A stretch of 64,000 bases of DNA from Flavobacteriales bacterium (GTDB lineage Bacteria > Bacteroidota > Bacteroidia > Flavobacteriales > BACL11). The stretch spans positions 40 through 64,039 of the forward strand of contig JACNLP010000042.1 of assembly GCA_014381465.1 (NCBI GenBank), written 5' to 3'. The notes below the pieces were generated by a model. The model was not told the DNA's origin. It worked only from the letters and a program-made list of their open reading frames with translations, and did not search any database. The stretch's first letter is position 1, and each line of letters opens with the position of its first letter. A program made the translations under genes and the position numbers. Positions 28,183 through 37,542 of the stretch are shown here, one piece after another.

Positions 28183-28225
28183 AGATATTAGTAATTAGAC
28201 CTATTTGTCTAATAATCTAATATCT
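28183..28225. repeat. long AT-rich imperfect inverted repeat between hutI and ftcD
   Basis: AGATATTAGTAATTAGAC-CTATTT-GTCTAATAATCTAATATCT. Confidence 0.6.
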
Positions 28226-28230
28226 CATAT

Positions 28231-29478
28231 CTAATTTTTTATTTTTCCGTTTATCATTACTTTTTTAATCACATTATGTCCAAAGCTATAAGGTAAATAT
28301 GCATAACTTGGAATCGGTTTTGTGATAAAAAGGTTGGCTTTTTTACCTATACAAATACTTCCTAATTCTTTCTCAATCCCCATAGCATAAGCGGTATTTA
28401 TTGTTGTTGCATTAATCACCTCTTCAGGAGTCATTTTCATCTGAATACAACCCAAAGATGCTACAAAATTCATGTTACCACTTGGGGTAGAGCCAGGGTT
28501 ATAATCGGTTGCTAAGGCAACTGGAAGTCCTCTTTTAATCATTTGTCTTGCAGGTCCATAAGGGATACCTAAAAAGAATGAACATGATGGTAAAATAGTT
28601 GGCATACAATTACTTCCTTTCAATGCTTCATAATCTTCTTCTGCCATTTCTTCTAAGTGGTCCACTGATAAAGCCCCTAAATCCACTGATGCTTTTACGC
28701 CACCAATTGCATTAAACTGATTTACATGTGTTTTTGCTTGCATTCCAAATTTATTGGCTGCTTTTAATAATCGAGTAGTGTCAGCAACAGTAAAATACCC
28801 TTCTTCACAAAAGATATCTACATAATCAGCTAATTTTTCTGCTGCAACTTTGGGTAACATTTTATTGATAACCAAATCCATATAGCCTTCTTTATTGTCT
28901 TTGTATTCTTTGGGTAGAGCATGAGTGCCTAGAAAAGTTGCTTTTATGGTTACATCTGTATTTTCTTTAATCCTTTTAATGACTCTTAGCATTTTTAGTT
29001 CGGATTCCAAAGTTAAACCATAACCACTTTTTATTTCAATGGCTCCCGTTCCCATTTTTACTAATTCATTTAAGCGAATTAGTGCATCTTCAAATAATTC
29101 ATCTTCACTAGCATTTTGTAGTTTTTCTGCTGAGTTAAGTATTCCTCCTCCTCTTTGAGCAATTTCTGCATAGCTTAATCCATTTATTCTGTCTACAAAT
29201 TCTCCCTCACGACTTGCTGCAAATACTAGGTGTGTATGGCTATCGCAAAAGGTAGGGAAAACCATTCCCCCTTCAGCATCAATTATTTCAGTATTATTCC
29301 AATCTTCAATGCCATTCCACTCATCCATACTTCCAAAAGAGGTAATGATTCCATTTTCAACTTCTACAAATGCATCTTTAATTGTAGATATGTTTGACAT
29401 GTCTTTTCCTGCTACCCATTTTCTAGGAGTTTTTTCTGTTTGTATAAGTTCTGCAATATTTTTGATTACTGTTTTCAT
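28231..29478 (-). CDS. hutI: imidazolonepropionase (start placed at [11 protein letters not shown])
   Basis: Metal ligands [25 protein letters not shown]. Confidence 0.9.
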   Translation of the reverse strand: MKTVIKNIAELIQTEKTPRKWVAGKDMSNISTIKDAFVEVENGIITSFGSMDEWNGIEDWNNTEIIDAEGGMVFPTFCDSHTHLVFAASREGEFVDRINGLSYAEIAQRGGGILNSAEKLQNASEDELFEDALIRLNELVKMGTGAIEIKSGYGLTLESELKMLRVIKRIKENTDVTIKATFLGTHALPKEYKDNKEGYMDLVINKMLPKVAAEKLADYVDIFCEEGYFTVADTTRLLKAANKFGMQAKTHVNQFNAIGGVKASVDLGALSVDHLEEMAEEDYEALKGSNCMPTILPSCSFFLGIPYGPARQMIKRGLPVALATDYNPGSTPSGNMNFVASLGCIQMKMTPEEVINATTINTAYAMGIEKELGSICIGKKANLFITKPIPSYAYLPYSFGHNVIKKVMINGKIKN

Positions 29479-29516
29479 ATTTGGCGAAAATACAAAATTC
29501 ACTTCAATCATTATTG

Positions 29517-29524
29517 TATATTTG
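29517..29524 (+). promoter_or_regulatory. candidate -7 promoter box (TAnnTTTG) for aroC
   Basis: TATATTTG ends 7 nt before ATG 29531, in the short divergent hutI/aroC spacer. Confidence 0.3.
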
Positions 29525-29530
29525 TCCGCT

Positions 29531-31162
29531 ATGGGAAATACTATAGGTAAAATATTTAAGCTGACTACTTTTGGGGAGTCTCATGGTGATGCTATTGGTG
29601 GTATTATTGATGGATGTCCTGCAGGATTAATAATTGATTTAGATTTCATTCAGCAGCAGTTAGATAGAAGAAAACCAGGGCAAAGCAAACTTACTACTCA
29701 AAGAAAAGAAAGTGATACTGTTCAGTTTTTATCTGGAATATTTGAAGGAGTAACTACTGGAACTCCTATTGGATTTATCATTAAAAATAAAGATGCTAAA
29801 AGCAAGGATTATTCTCATTTAAAAGATATTTATCGCCCTTCTCATGCTGATTTTACTTATGATAAAAAATATGGAATTCGAGATTATAGGGGAGGAGGAA
29901 GATCCTCAGCAAGAGAAACGGCTAATTGGGTTGTTGCTGGGGCTATCGCTCAACAAATACTTGCAACAGCTGGGGTGGAAGTGCGGGCTTATGTTTCTGC
30001 TGTTGGGAATGTTAAACTAAATAAGTGTCATAAGGATTTGGATTTAAGTTTAACGGATACTAATTTGGTTAGATGTCCTGATGTTGTAATTGCTCAGCAG
30101 ATGATTTTAGAAATTGAAAAAACAAAAAAAGAGGGTGATACTATTGGAGGAGAAATTACGGCTATTGCTTTTGGCGTTCCTGTAGGTTGGGGAGAACCCG
30201 TTTTTGATAAGCTCCATGCTGATATAGGAAAAGGAATGTTAAGTATTAATGCTGTGCACGGATTTAAATATGGCTTTGGAGGTGTGGATATATCCTCTAG
30301 TAAAGGAAGTGTAGTAAATGACGAGTTTTTACCCACCCCTAACCCCTCCATGGAGGGGAATGTTGGAGGTTCCCTCCAATATGAAGATAGTATTAGAAGA
30401 AAAATTATACCTTACAACCCAAAATTGAAAGAGTTTGCAAGTCAATTAAGAAAAAACATGACTTTTAGTGAAGTGTTACTTTGGGATGAAATTAAGCAAA
30501 ATAAATTAGGAGTAGATTTTGATAGGCAAAGACCAATGGATGAGTTTATAGTTGATTTTTATTGTAAAGATTTAATGTTGGCAATTGAAATTGATGGAAG
30601 TAGTCATGATTATAAATATTTGGAGGATTTAGACAGGCAAGATACTTTAGAAAAAATAGGCGTTACTTTTATTCGTTTTGATGATAAAGATGTAAAGCAA
30701 GATATGAATAATGTTTTAAATGCTTTAATTCAGAAAATAGAAGAGTTAAAGCAAAAGGGGCTAGTAGGTAGAGAACAGATTTCCGATAGTCCCCTCCTTG
30801 GAGGGGAGAAAGGGGTGGGTTCTGACAATTCCCCTCTAGGGATGGGAGTAAAGAGTGTTGAGGAATTCCCCTCCCAAGAGGAGAGTAAGAGGTGGGTTCC
30901 TACCAAAACCAACTTTTCTGGAGGAATACAAGGAGGAATAAGCAATGGAAATGATATATATTGTGAGGTAGCTTTTAAGCCAGTGGCAACTATTATGCAA
31001 AAGCAAAATACGATTGATGCAGCAGGAAAGAAAGTAGAAATTAAAGGAAAGGGCAGACATGATGCTTGTGTGGTGCCAAGGGCAGTTCCTATTGTTGAAA
31101 GTATGATGGCGCTTACTTTGGTAGATGCTTATTTGAGAAGTAGGACTGATAGGTTAATTTGA
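29531..31162 (+). CDS. aroC: chorismate synthase carrying a 189-codon in-frame insertion
   Basis: [42 protein letters not shown] before the insert; [31 protein letters not shown] after it. One continuous 543-aa ORF. The 29309 ORF-track start is an upstream extension. Confidence 0.9.
   Translation: MGNTIGKIFKLTTFGESHGDAIGGIIDGCPAGLIIDLDFIQQQLDRRKPGQSKLTTQRKESDTVQFLSGIFEGVTTGTPIGFIIKNKDAKSKDYSHLKDIYRPSHADFTYDKKYGIRDYRGGGRSSARETANWVVAGAIAQQILATAGVEVRAYVSAVGNVKLNKCHKDLDLSLTDTNLVRCPDVVIAQQMILEIEKTKKEGDTIGGEITAIAFGVPVGWGEPVFDKLHADIGKGMLSINAVHGFKYGFGGVDISSSKGSVVNDEFLPTPNPSMEGNVGGSLQYEDSIRRKIIPYNPKLKEFASQLRKNMTFSEVLLWDEIKQNKLGVDFDRQRPMDEFIVDFYCKDLMLAIEIDGSSHDYKYLEDLDRQDTLEKIGVTFIRFDDKDVKQDMNNVLNALIQKIEELKQKGLVGREQISDSPLLGGEKGVGSDNSPLGMGVKSVEEFPSQEESKRWVPTKTNFSGGIQGGISNGNDIYCEVAFKPVATIMQKQNTIDAAGKKVEIKGKGRHDACVVPRAVPIVESMMALTLVDAYLRSRTDRLI
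30331..30897 (+). mobile_element. inverted-repeat-bounded G+C-rich cassette encoding a DUF559 (Vsr-like endonuclease) domain, inserted in frame in aroC
   Basis: DUF559 motifs [53 protein letters not shown]. The left end ACCCACCCCTAACCCCTCCATGGAGGGG is the reverse complement of the right-end unit. Length 567 bp = 3n. No transposase. Confidence 0.7.
30790..30900. repeat. three tandem ~35-40-bp palindrome-containing units forming the right end of the cassette
   Basis: TCCCCTCCTTGGAGGGGAGAAAGGGGTGGGTTCT / ..TTCCCCTCTAGGGATGGGAGTAAAGAGTGTTGAGG / AATTCCCCTCCCAAGAGGAGAGTAAGAGGTGGGTTCC. Confidence 0.8.
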
Positions 31163-31318
31163 TAATATGCTGATGAGAAAATATAATGTAGCAATTAAAC
31201 AATGTAGCTATTAAATAATATAACAATGAAAAATAGTTGTCATCCTGAATAAAATGAAGGATCTCGTTTTTGCAGTTATTTTTAAAATAAAACTAAATAT
31301 TAATTAGAATATAAGAAT

Positions 31319-32242
31319 ATGAAAAAAACACTACTTATATCACTTGTATTACCTATAATGTTGAATTCGTGTAGTAAAGATTCTTTAAAAGAATATAAAA
31401 CCGAGAATGTAATTATTATGGTGGTAGACGGACAAAGATATTCTGAGTCTTGGGGAGATTCTACACATCAATATATACCTCACTTTTCGACTGAAATAGC
31501 AGATTTTGGAATTGTTAATACAGCCTTTTATAATAATGGGCTAACTAGCACAGTACCTGGCTTCACAGCTATAACAACAGGAGTGTATCAAGAAATTAAT
31601 AATTCTGGACAAGAATCACCAATATATCCTTCCATTTTTCAGTATTTAATTGAGAAAGATTCTACTGCTCCTGCTTGGATAATTAATAGTAAAGATAAGT
31701 TAGCAGTATTGGGTAATTGTCAACAGACTAATTGGAGTAATAAGTATATGCCATTATTAGATTGTGGCATTGACGGACTTGGCTCTGGATATAGACATGA
31801 CACATTAACATTAGCAAGGTTTTTCAATGTAATGTCGGAGTATCATCCTAAACTTACTCTTCTTGGCTTTAGAGAGCCTGATTTTTCTGCTCACACAAAT
31901 TCTTGGGATGATTATATTGAAGGAATAATAAATACAGATGAGTATATTTATAGGGTTTGGAACTATATCCAGAATGACCCTCATTATTCAGGAAGGACAA
32001 CACTATTTATCACAAATGACCATGGAAGACATTTAGATAATATTGGTGATGGTTTTAAATCGCATGGTGATGGTTGTGATGGCTGTAGGCATATTAATTT
32101 TTTTGCATACGGACCTGATTTTAAAAAAGGAGTTATAAATCATAGTAGAGAATTGATTGATATTCCTGCTACAATTACTGAAATATTACAGCTTAATGCT
32201 GAATATGTTGAAGGAAAAATAATGTATGAACTATTTGAATAA
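31319..32242 (+). CDS. alkaline-phosphatase-superfamily lipoprotein (phosphodiesterase/pyrophosphatase-like)
   Basis: Lipobox LNSC, VVDGQRYSE, TNDHGRH...SHGDG metal-site-like motifs. Confidence 0.5.
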   Translation: MKKTLLISLVLPIMLNSCSKDSLKEYKTENVIIMVVDGQRYSESWGDSTHQYIPHFSTEIADFGIVNTAFYNNGLTSTVPGFTAITTGVYQEINNSGQESPIYPSIFQYLIEKDSTAPAWIINSKDKLAVLGNCQQTNWSNKYMPLLDCGIDGLGSGYRHDTLTLARFFNVMSEYHPKLTLLGFREPDFSAHTNSWDDYIEGIINTDEYIYRVWNYIQNDPHYSGRTTLFITNDHGRHLDNIGDGFKSHGDGCDGCRHINFFAYGPDFKKGVINHSRELIDIPATITEILQLNAEYVEGKIMYELFE

Positions 32243-32251
32243 ATTAAGAAA

Positions 32252-33709
32252 ATGAAAAAGATATTACTAATGTTTTTCCTCCCTTTTTGTGTTTTTGCAC
32301 AGAATCAAAACTTATCTGCTGGCTTAGTTTTTGATGGTGAGCCATATATAGCAATAAATCCTAATAATTCACAGCATATGGTTGTTGCTTGGATGGGGTA
32401 TAAGTGGCAAGAATACATTGTAATTAAAACAAAAGTAACTTTTGATGCTGGGCAAAATTGGAGTGTAACAAATTCAATTTCTCATGTAAACCCAGTATAT
32501 GGCTCTGCCGATCCATCATTAGAATTTGATAATAACGGAAATCTCTTTTTATGTTATATTGATTATAGTGCGGCACTTGATTCTGGAGCAGTTTATGTAG
32601 TAAAATCAACTGATGGAGGATTAAACTGGCTAAATCCTATTGAGGTAATAGATGCACATGCTGATGCAGGAAAATACCCAATTGATAGACCATGGATTTC
32701 TGTTGATAATTCTTCAGGCGTAAATGATGGAGTTATTTACATTACAACTATGAATCCAAATGTTTTTGGACCATTACCTCCCCCTTACAATCCGTATTTT
32801 ACATTTTCAAATGATGGAGGGAATTCTTTTAGTAATTGGAGGTATTTAGATACTATAAACTATCTTTCTGGCAGCTTAATATCACAACCAATGCCTACTC
32901 ATTGTGTGAGTAAAAATGGAACTTTTCATTCTATTTATCCCTCCTATGTTCCTTCACAAAGTTTGTACGCACAATATATTTTAGCATCTTCTACATCATT
33001 AGGAAGCTCTTTTAATTATAATGTAGTTTTGCAATCATCTACTGGACTTACAGATACTCTAATGAAAAAAGGTTATTTACTTATTGATAATCCTGCAAAT
33101 GAGAATCATTTAGTTTTTATTTTTCTATCTGTTATGTTTGGTGATGAAGATATAGTTATGAGTGAAAGTTTTGATGAGGGAATCAGTTGGACTTCCCCTA
33201 TTAGAATAAATGATGATATTTTAGGAAATGGTAAAATGCAGGATTTAGTCTGGGCAGATTTTGATTCTGATGGTGATTTAGTTATTACTTGGAGAGATAG
33301 AAGAAATAGTTCTGCAAATGGCTATCAGACTGAATCTGAAATTTGGGGAGCTGTTAGGTGGAAGGATTCAACTAATTTTTCCCCTAACTTTAGTATTACT
33401 TCTCAACAAGTGACTTATGATAGTGTACTTGCTGAAAGTGGTAACGATTTTATGTGTGTAGCTGTAGAGAACGACACCCTAAATGCAGTGTGGGGCGATA
33501 CAAGAAGCGGGAAGTTAAACATATATTTTCAGAGGATGAGTCTACAAAGTGGCTCAGTAACAAGTATTTCAAATATATCAGAAAATAAAGATAAAAAACT
33601 TTTGTTTATAGTTGATGAATTAGGGAGAGAAACTAATGGTACTTCTAACTTACCCCTATTTTACATCTTTGATGATGGAAGTGTAGAAAAGAAAATAATA
33701 ACTGAGTAA
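32252..33709 (+). CDS. secreted BNR/Asp-box repeat (sialidase-fold) protein with short C-terminal sorting-type tail
   Basis: Asp-boxes STDGGLNW, SNDGGNSF, SFDEGISW. Signal peptide. Tail ends PLFYIFDDGSVEKKIITE. Confidence 0.7.
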   Translation: MKKILLMFFLPFCVFAQNQNLSAGLVFDGEPYIAINPNNSQHMVVAWMGYKWQEYIVIKTKVTFDAGQNWSVTNSISHVNPVYGSADPSLEFDNNGNLFLCYIDYSAALDSGAVYVVKSTDGGLNWLNPIEVIDAHADAGKYPIDRPWISVDNSSGVNDGVIYITTMNPNVFGPLPPPYNPYFTFSNDGGNSFSNWRYLDTINYLSGSLISQPMPTHCVSKNGTFHSIYPSYVPSQSLYAQYILASSTSLGSSFNYNVVLQSSTGLTDTLMKKGYLLIDNPANENHLVFIFLSVMFGDEDIVMSESFDEGISWTSPIRINDDILGNGKMQDLVWADFDSDGDLVITWRDRRNSSANGYQTESEIWGAVRWKDSTNFSPNFSITSQQVTYDSVLAESGNDFMCVAVENDTLNAVWGDTRSGKLNIYFQRMSLQSGSVTSISNISENKDKKLLFIVDELGRETNGTSNLPLFYIFDDGSVEKKIITE

Positions 33710-33732
33710 TATAAAAATAATAACCATAAGTG

Positions 33733-33818
33733 AAATCCATTCTTTGGAGGAGATTGGAGTTAGTAAAAAATCAGAAACTATCTCTAGTTTCTTCAGAGGA
33801 GAGCTATTGGATTTTTTT
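33733..33818 (+). terminator. nested inverted repeats ending in a T-run (terminator or small structured RNA)
   Basis: Outer AAATCCA...TGGATTT followed by TTTT; inner perfect hairpin GAAACTA-TCTC-TAGTTTC (33774..33791). Confidence 0.4.
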
Positions 33819-33854
33819 CTAACAACTAAAAACAACTAACTAATCAACTAAAAC

Positions 33855-35144
33855 ATGAAAAAACTAGCACTACACTGGAAAATAATAATCGGAATGGTAT
33901 TGGGTGTCGTTTACGGCCTAATCGCTAATAAATTAGGTTGGGTAGACTTCACTTCTGATTGGATAAAACCATGGGGAGTTATCTTTGTAAACCTTTTAAA
34001 ACTAATTGCTGTACCTTTGGTTTTTGCATCTCTTATTAAAGGGGTCGCATCTCTCTCTGATATTTCAAAACTAAGCAGGATAGGAGGGAAAACAATTGCT
34101 ATTTATTTAATGTCAACTGTTATTGCGGTAACTATTGGTTTATTCTTGGTAAACATGGTAAATCCTGGAGCTGATTTTGATAGAGAATCCATACAGTTAT
34201 CTGATAATTCTCAATCAGGGGCAGATAAAAAAATTGCTGCAGCAGGAAATGTAAAAGAGGCAGGTCCTTTGCAGTTTGTGGTGGATATAGTTCCAACAAA
34301 TATCTTTTCTTCAGCAAGTAATAATTCTAATATGTTGCAAGTTATCTTCTTTGCCATTTTCTTTGGAATTGCAATGGTGATGTTGCCTAGTGAAAAAACG
34401 GTTTATGTAAAAGGTTTTTTTGATGGAGTGAATGACATTATCCTTCAGATTGTAGATTTAATTATGTTGGCAGCACCTTATGGTGTGTTTGCGCTTTTAG
34501 GTGGTTTGGTGGTTGATTTTGGGGCAAGTTCTACATTGTTTATTGCTTTAGGTAAATATTCCTTAACCGTAATTGCAGGTTTACTTTTGATGATTTTATT
34601 GGTTTACCCATTAATATTAAGAATCTTTACTAAGATTAAATATATTGATTTCTTTAAAGGAATATCTCCAGCACAAATGTTGGCATTTTCTACTAGTTCA
34701 AGTGCTGCAACTTTGCCAGTTACTATGGAAAGGTGTGAGGATCATTTAGGGGTTTCTGAAGAGGTTTCTTCTTTTGTATTGCCACTAGGTGCTACAATTA
34801 ATATGGATGGAACTTCCCTTTATCAGGCAGTAGCGGCAGTATTTATTGCTCAAGCTTTTGGTATTGAGCTAGATTTAGGGCAACAATTAACCATTGTGCT
34901 TACCGCAACTTTAGCTTCCATTGGTGCTGCTGCTGTTCCTGGAGCTGGTATGGTAATGCTAGTGATTGTTTTGGGTGCAATTAATGTACCGACTGAGGGA
35001 TTGGCTCTTATCTTTGGTGTGGATAGAATCTTAGATATGATGCGTACAGTTGTAAATGTGACCGGAGATGCTACTGTAGCTACAGTTGTTGCCTCTACTG
35101 AGGGTGAGCTTTCTCCTGTAACGGAAGAAGATTTAATGAGTTAA
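33855..35144 (+). CDS. dicarboxylate/amino acid:cation symporter (DAACS/GltP family)
   Basis: SSSAATLPVTME, GATINMDGT, VDRILDMMRTVVNVTGD. Confidence 0.9.
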   Translation: MKKLALHWKIIIGMVLGVVYGLIANKLGWVDFTSDWIKPWGVIFVNLLKLIAVPLVFASLIKGVASLSDISKLSRIGGKTIAIYLMSTVIAVTIGLFLVNMVNPGADFDRESIQLSDNSQSGADKKIAAAGNVKEAGPLQFVVDIVPTNIFSSASNNSNMLQVIFFAIFFGIAMVMLPSEKTVYVKGFFDGVNDIILQIVDLIMLAAPYGVFALLGGLVVDFGASSTLFIALGKYSLTVIAGLLLMILLVYPLILRIFTKIKYIDFFKGISPAQMLAFSTSSSAATLPVTMERCEDHLGVSEEVSSFVLPLGATINMDGTSLYQAVAAVFIAQAFGIELDLGQQLTIVLTATLASIGAAAVPGAGMVMLVIVLGAINVPTEGLALIFGVDRILDMMRTVVNVTGDATVATVVASTEGELSPVTEEDLMS

Positions 35145-35145
35145 A

Positions 35146-37065
35146 ATGCGAATAATTCTCCTCTTTTCTTTTTTCTTTTTTCTTCAATTCTCTTTTGCCC
35201 AAGATTGTACTCTTGTGGATGAGAAAACAAAACGGATGTGTAATCGTGCATCATCCCTTATTGAAAAAAATCAATTTTATAAAGCACAAAACCTACTAAA
35301 AAAAGTAAATAGAAATAAAGATATTCCAGAGGTAAGTCGATTGTTTTCTATTTTGTATTGGAAGCAAGGTGAAAATTTACAGGCAGAGGAATTTGCCTTA
35401 AAAACCATAGCAGTATGCCCAGAAAAAAATCCCTTAATTTATTATTTATTAGGTGAAATTAATTATGAGCGAAAAATGTATGTACATGCTAGTAAGTATT
35501 TGGAAAAAGCAATTAATTTAGGATTGAATGAAGCTGCTAATAAAAAAGCTGAAAAAATGTATAAGAAAGCAAAAGTAATTGCTGATATAATCAATAATCC
35601 GGTTCCATTTAGCCCACAAGTGGTAAAAGGAATATCTACCAAAGCGGATGAGTATTTGCCAATACTATCTCCCGATCAAGAAATTGTTTTTTACACTAGA
35701 AGAGGAGAAAAAAACGAGATTGGAAGTTTGACTAATACTATGACAGAGGAGTTTGTTTTTAGTAAGGAAGAAACAACAGATTTTAATACTGGGAATCCTA
35801 TGCCATTTCCCTTTAATAGGAATTCCAATGAGGGTGGGGCAAGCATAACAATTGATAACAAAACCTTGTATTTTACCACTTGTAGTAATTTGTCTTCTGG
35901 CTATAATAATTGTGATTTGTTCTATACTTTTAAGCAGAAAGATGGGGGGTGGTCGGAAATTATATCTTTTAAAAAGAAGATAAATAGCGTAAAGAGCTGG
36001 GAATCACAACCTAGTATTTCGGCAGATGGTAATACACTTATTTTTGCTAGTGATAGAAAAGGAGGTTTTGGTGGTGCTGATTTGTATCTTATCCAAAAAA
36101 ACGAGAAAGGGGAGTGGTCAGATCCAAAAAATCTGGGCGAGAATATCAATACAAAATACAATGAAAAATCTCCTTTTTTGCACACCGATAATGAGACAAT
36201 GTTTTTTGCTTCCAATCAGTTTCCTTCTGTTGGAGGTTATGATATTTTCTTTTGCAGAAAAGATAGTTTAGGAAATTGGCAAAAGCCAAAAAATATTGGC
36301 TACCCAATAAATACTATATCAGATGAATTAGGGCTTTTTGTAAGCACGGATGGGAAAAAGGCTTATTTCGCTTCCAATCAGCTTGACGGAGTAGGAGGAT
36401 GGGATTTGTATTCTTTTGATTTGTATGAGGGTGCAAAGCCGAAAAAGGTTTTGTTTTTAAAAGGGGAGTTAAGGGATGAAAACGGAGAAGTTCTAAGGCA
36501 TGCTACTATTGAGTTAAAAAACATCCAGAGTAAAGAAAAACATATTGTTCAAGTACAAAATGGGGAGTATGCTGCTGCTTATACTATTGAGGATGGGGAT
36601 GATGTTTTACTTACGATTAATAAAAAAGGATATGCTTTTAATTCCACTTATATTTCTTCTGATGATGCTGATTTTTCTTCTCCAAAGAAAATAGATTTTG
36701 AGGTAGAGAAACTAGGAGATGGTAAGGCTTTCCGATTAGATAATATTTATTTTGCAAGCAATTCGTTTGAACTTAATCCTATTTCAAAAGAAATACTCAT
36801 GGCTTTTGCAGATTATTTAATACTGAATAAAAACCTGAAAGTAGCCATACATGGACATACAGATAATATTGGTTCTGCTTCTGCTAATTTGCTACTTTCT
36901 AAAAACAGGGCAAAGGCAGTTTTTACTTTTTTACTAGATAATGGGATTGTAGCAGGGAAGTTAGACTATAAAGGGTTTGGTAAGCAAGAGCCAATAGCTT
37001 CTAACGATACTCAAAAGGGGAGAGCTCAAAACAGAAGAACAGAATTTGTAATTTTAGGACAATAA
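35146..37065 (+). CDS. TPR + PD40/TolB-like beta-propeller + OmpA-domain outer-membrane protein
   Basis: PD40-like units (ESQPSISADGNTLIFASDR, EKSPFLHTDNETMFFASN). OmpA C-terminus HGHTDNIGSASANLLLSKNRAKAV...NRRTEFVI. Confidence 0.8.
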   Translation: MRIILLFSFFFFLQFSFAQDCTLVDEKTKRMCNRASSLIEKNQFYKAQNLLKKVNRNKDIPEVSRLFSILYWKQGENLQAEEFALKTIAVCPEKNPLIYYLLGEINYERKMYVHASKYLEKAINLGLNEAANKKAEKMYKKAKVIADIINNPVPFSPQVVKGISTKADEYLPILSPDQEIVFYTRRGEKNEIGSLTNTMTEEFVFSKEETTDFNTGNPMPFPFNRNSNEGGASITIDNKTLYFTTCSNLSSGYNNCDLFYTFKQKDGGWSEIISFKKKINSVKSWESQPSISADGNTLIFASDRKGGFGGADLYLIQKNEKGEWSDPKNLGENINTKYNEKSPFLHTDNETMFFASNQFPSVGGYDIFFCRKDSLGNWQKPKNIGYPINTISDELGLFVSTDGKKAYFASNQLDGVGGWDLYSFDLYEGAKPKKVLFLKGELRDENGEVLRHATIELKNIQSKEKHIVQVQNGEYAAAYTIEDGDDVLLTINKKGYAFNSTYISSDDADFSSPKKIDFEVEKLGDGKAFRLDNIYFASNSFELNPISKEILMAFADYLILNKNLKVAIHGHTDNIGSASANLLLSKNRAKAVFTFLLDNGIVAGKLDYKGFGKQEPIASNDTQKGRAQNRRTEFVILGQ

Positions 37066-37090
37066 AAAACCCACTAAAAAGTGGGTTTTT
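37065..37090. terminator. bidirectional terminator hairpin between ompA-like gene and rplS
   Basis: AAAAACCCAC-TAAAAA-GTGGGTTTTT. Confidence 0.65.
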
Positions 37091-37112
37091 GCAATTTATT
37101 TTATGGCAATTG

Positions 37113-37460
37113 TTATTTTCTAATTTCTTTAATTCTTGCTTTTTTACCAGTTAATTCTCTTAAATAGAAAATCCTTGATCTCCTTACTTTTCCTCTTTTA
37201 TTTACTTCAATTTTTTCTAAAACAGGAGAGTTTACAGGGAAAATTCTTTCTACTCCAATTCCACCTGACATCTTTCTAATAGTGAAAGTTTCAGTAGTAC
37301 CACTTCCTTTTCTTTGTAAAACAACTCCTTTAAAATGCTGAGTTCTTTGTTTATCTCCCTCTTTAATTGCATAATAAACTGTAATGGTATCGCCAGATGA
37401 AAATTCTGGAAATTGATTCATTGTAGAAACCTCTTTTGATATGCTGTCGACTAAGTTCAT
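37113..37460 (-). CDS. rplS: 50S ribosomal protein L19
   Basis: GDTITVYYAIKEGDKQRTQHFKGVVL, GVERIFPVNSP. Confidence 0.95.
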   Translation of the reverse strand: MNLVDSISKEVSTMNQFPEFSSGDTITVYYAIKEGDKQRTQHFKGVVLQRKGSGTTETFTIRKMSGGIGVERIFPVNSPVLEKIEVNKRGKVRRSRIFYLRELTGKKARIKEIRK

Positions 37461-37542
37461 TTTCAGGTGATTTTTGTTTAAAAATTAGTTTGCAATATTA
37501 CAATTTATTTTTAGAAACAACTACACTCTTTTTAAGATAAAT

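Noticed and set aside
29309-29530. N-terminal 74-aa extension of the aroC ORF in the track
   Set aside because: It overlaps hutI on the opposite strand. AroC homology starts at [19 protein letters not shown] (ATG 29531), and a TAnnTTTG box lies just upstream.
30329-30901. Intein or intron explanation for the aroC insertion
   Set aside because: The junction residues are L|PTP... and ...RWV|PTK. There is no N-terminal Cys/Ser, no C-terminal His-Asn followed by Cys/Ser/Thr, and no Hint or LAGLIDADG blocks. The segment is an uninterrupted in-frame ORF with terminal inverted repeats, unlike group I/II introns. RNA- or protein-level removal still needs experimental exclusion.
31185-31216. 16-bp tandem duplication ATGTAGC[AT]ATTAAA[CT]A x2 after aroC
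   Set aside because: It is real but tiny, with no associated feature. It is probably slippage in AT-rich intergenic DNA.
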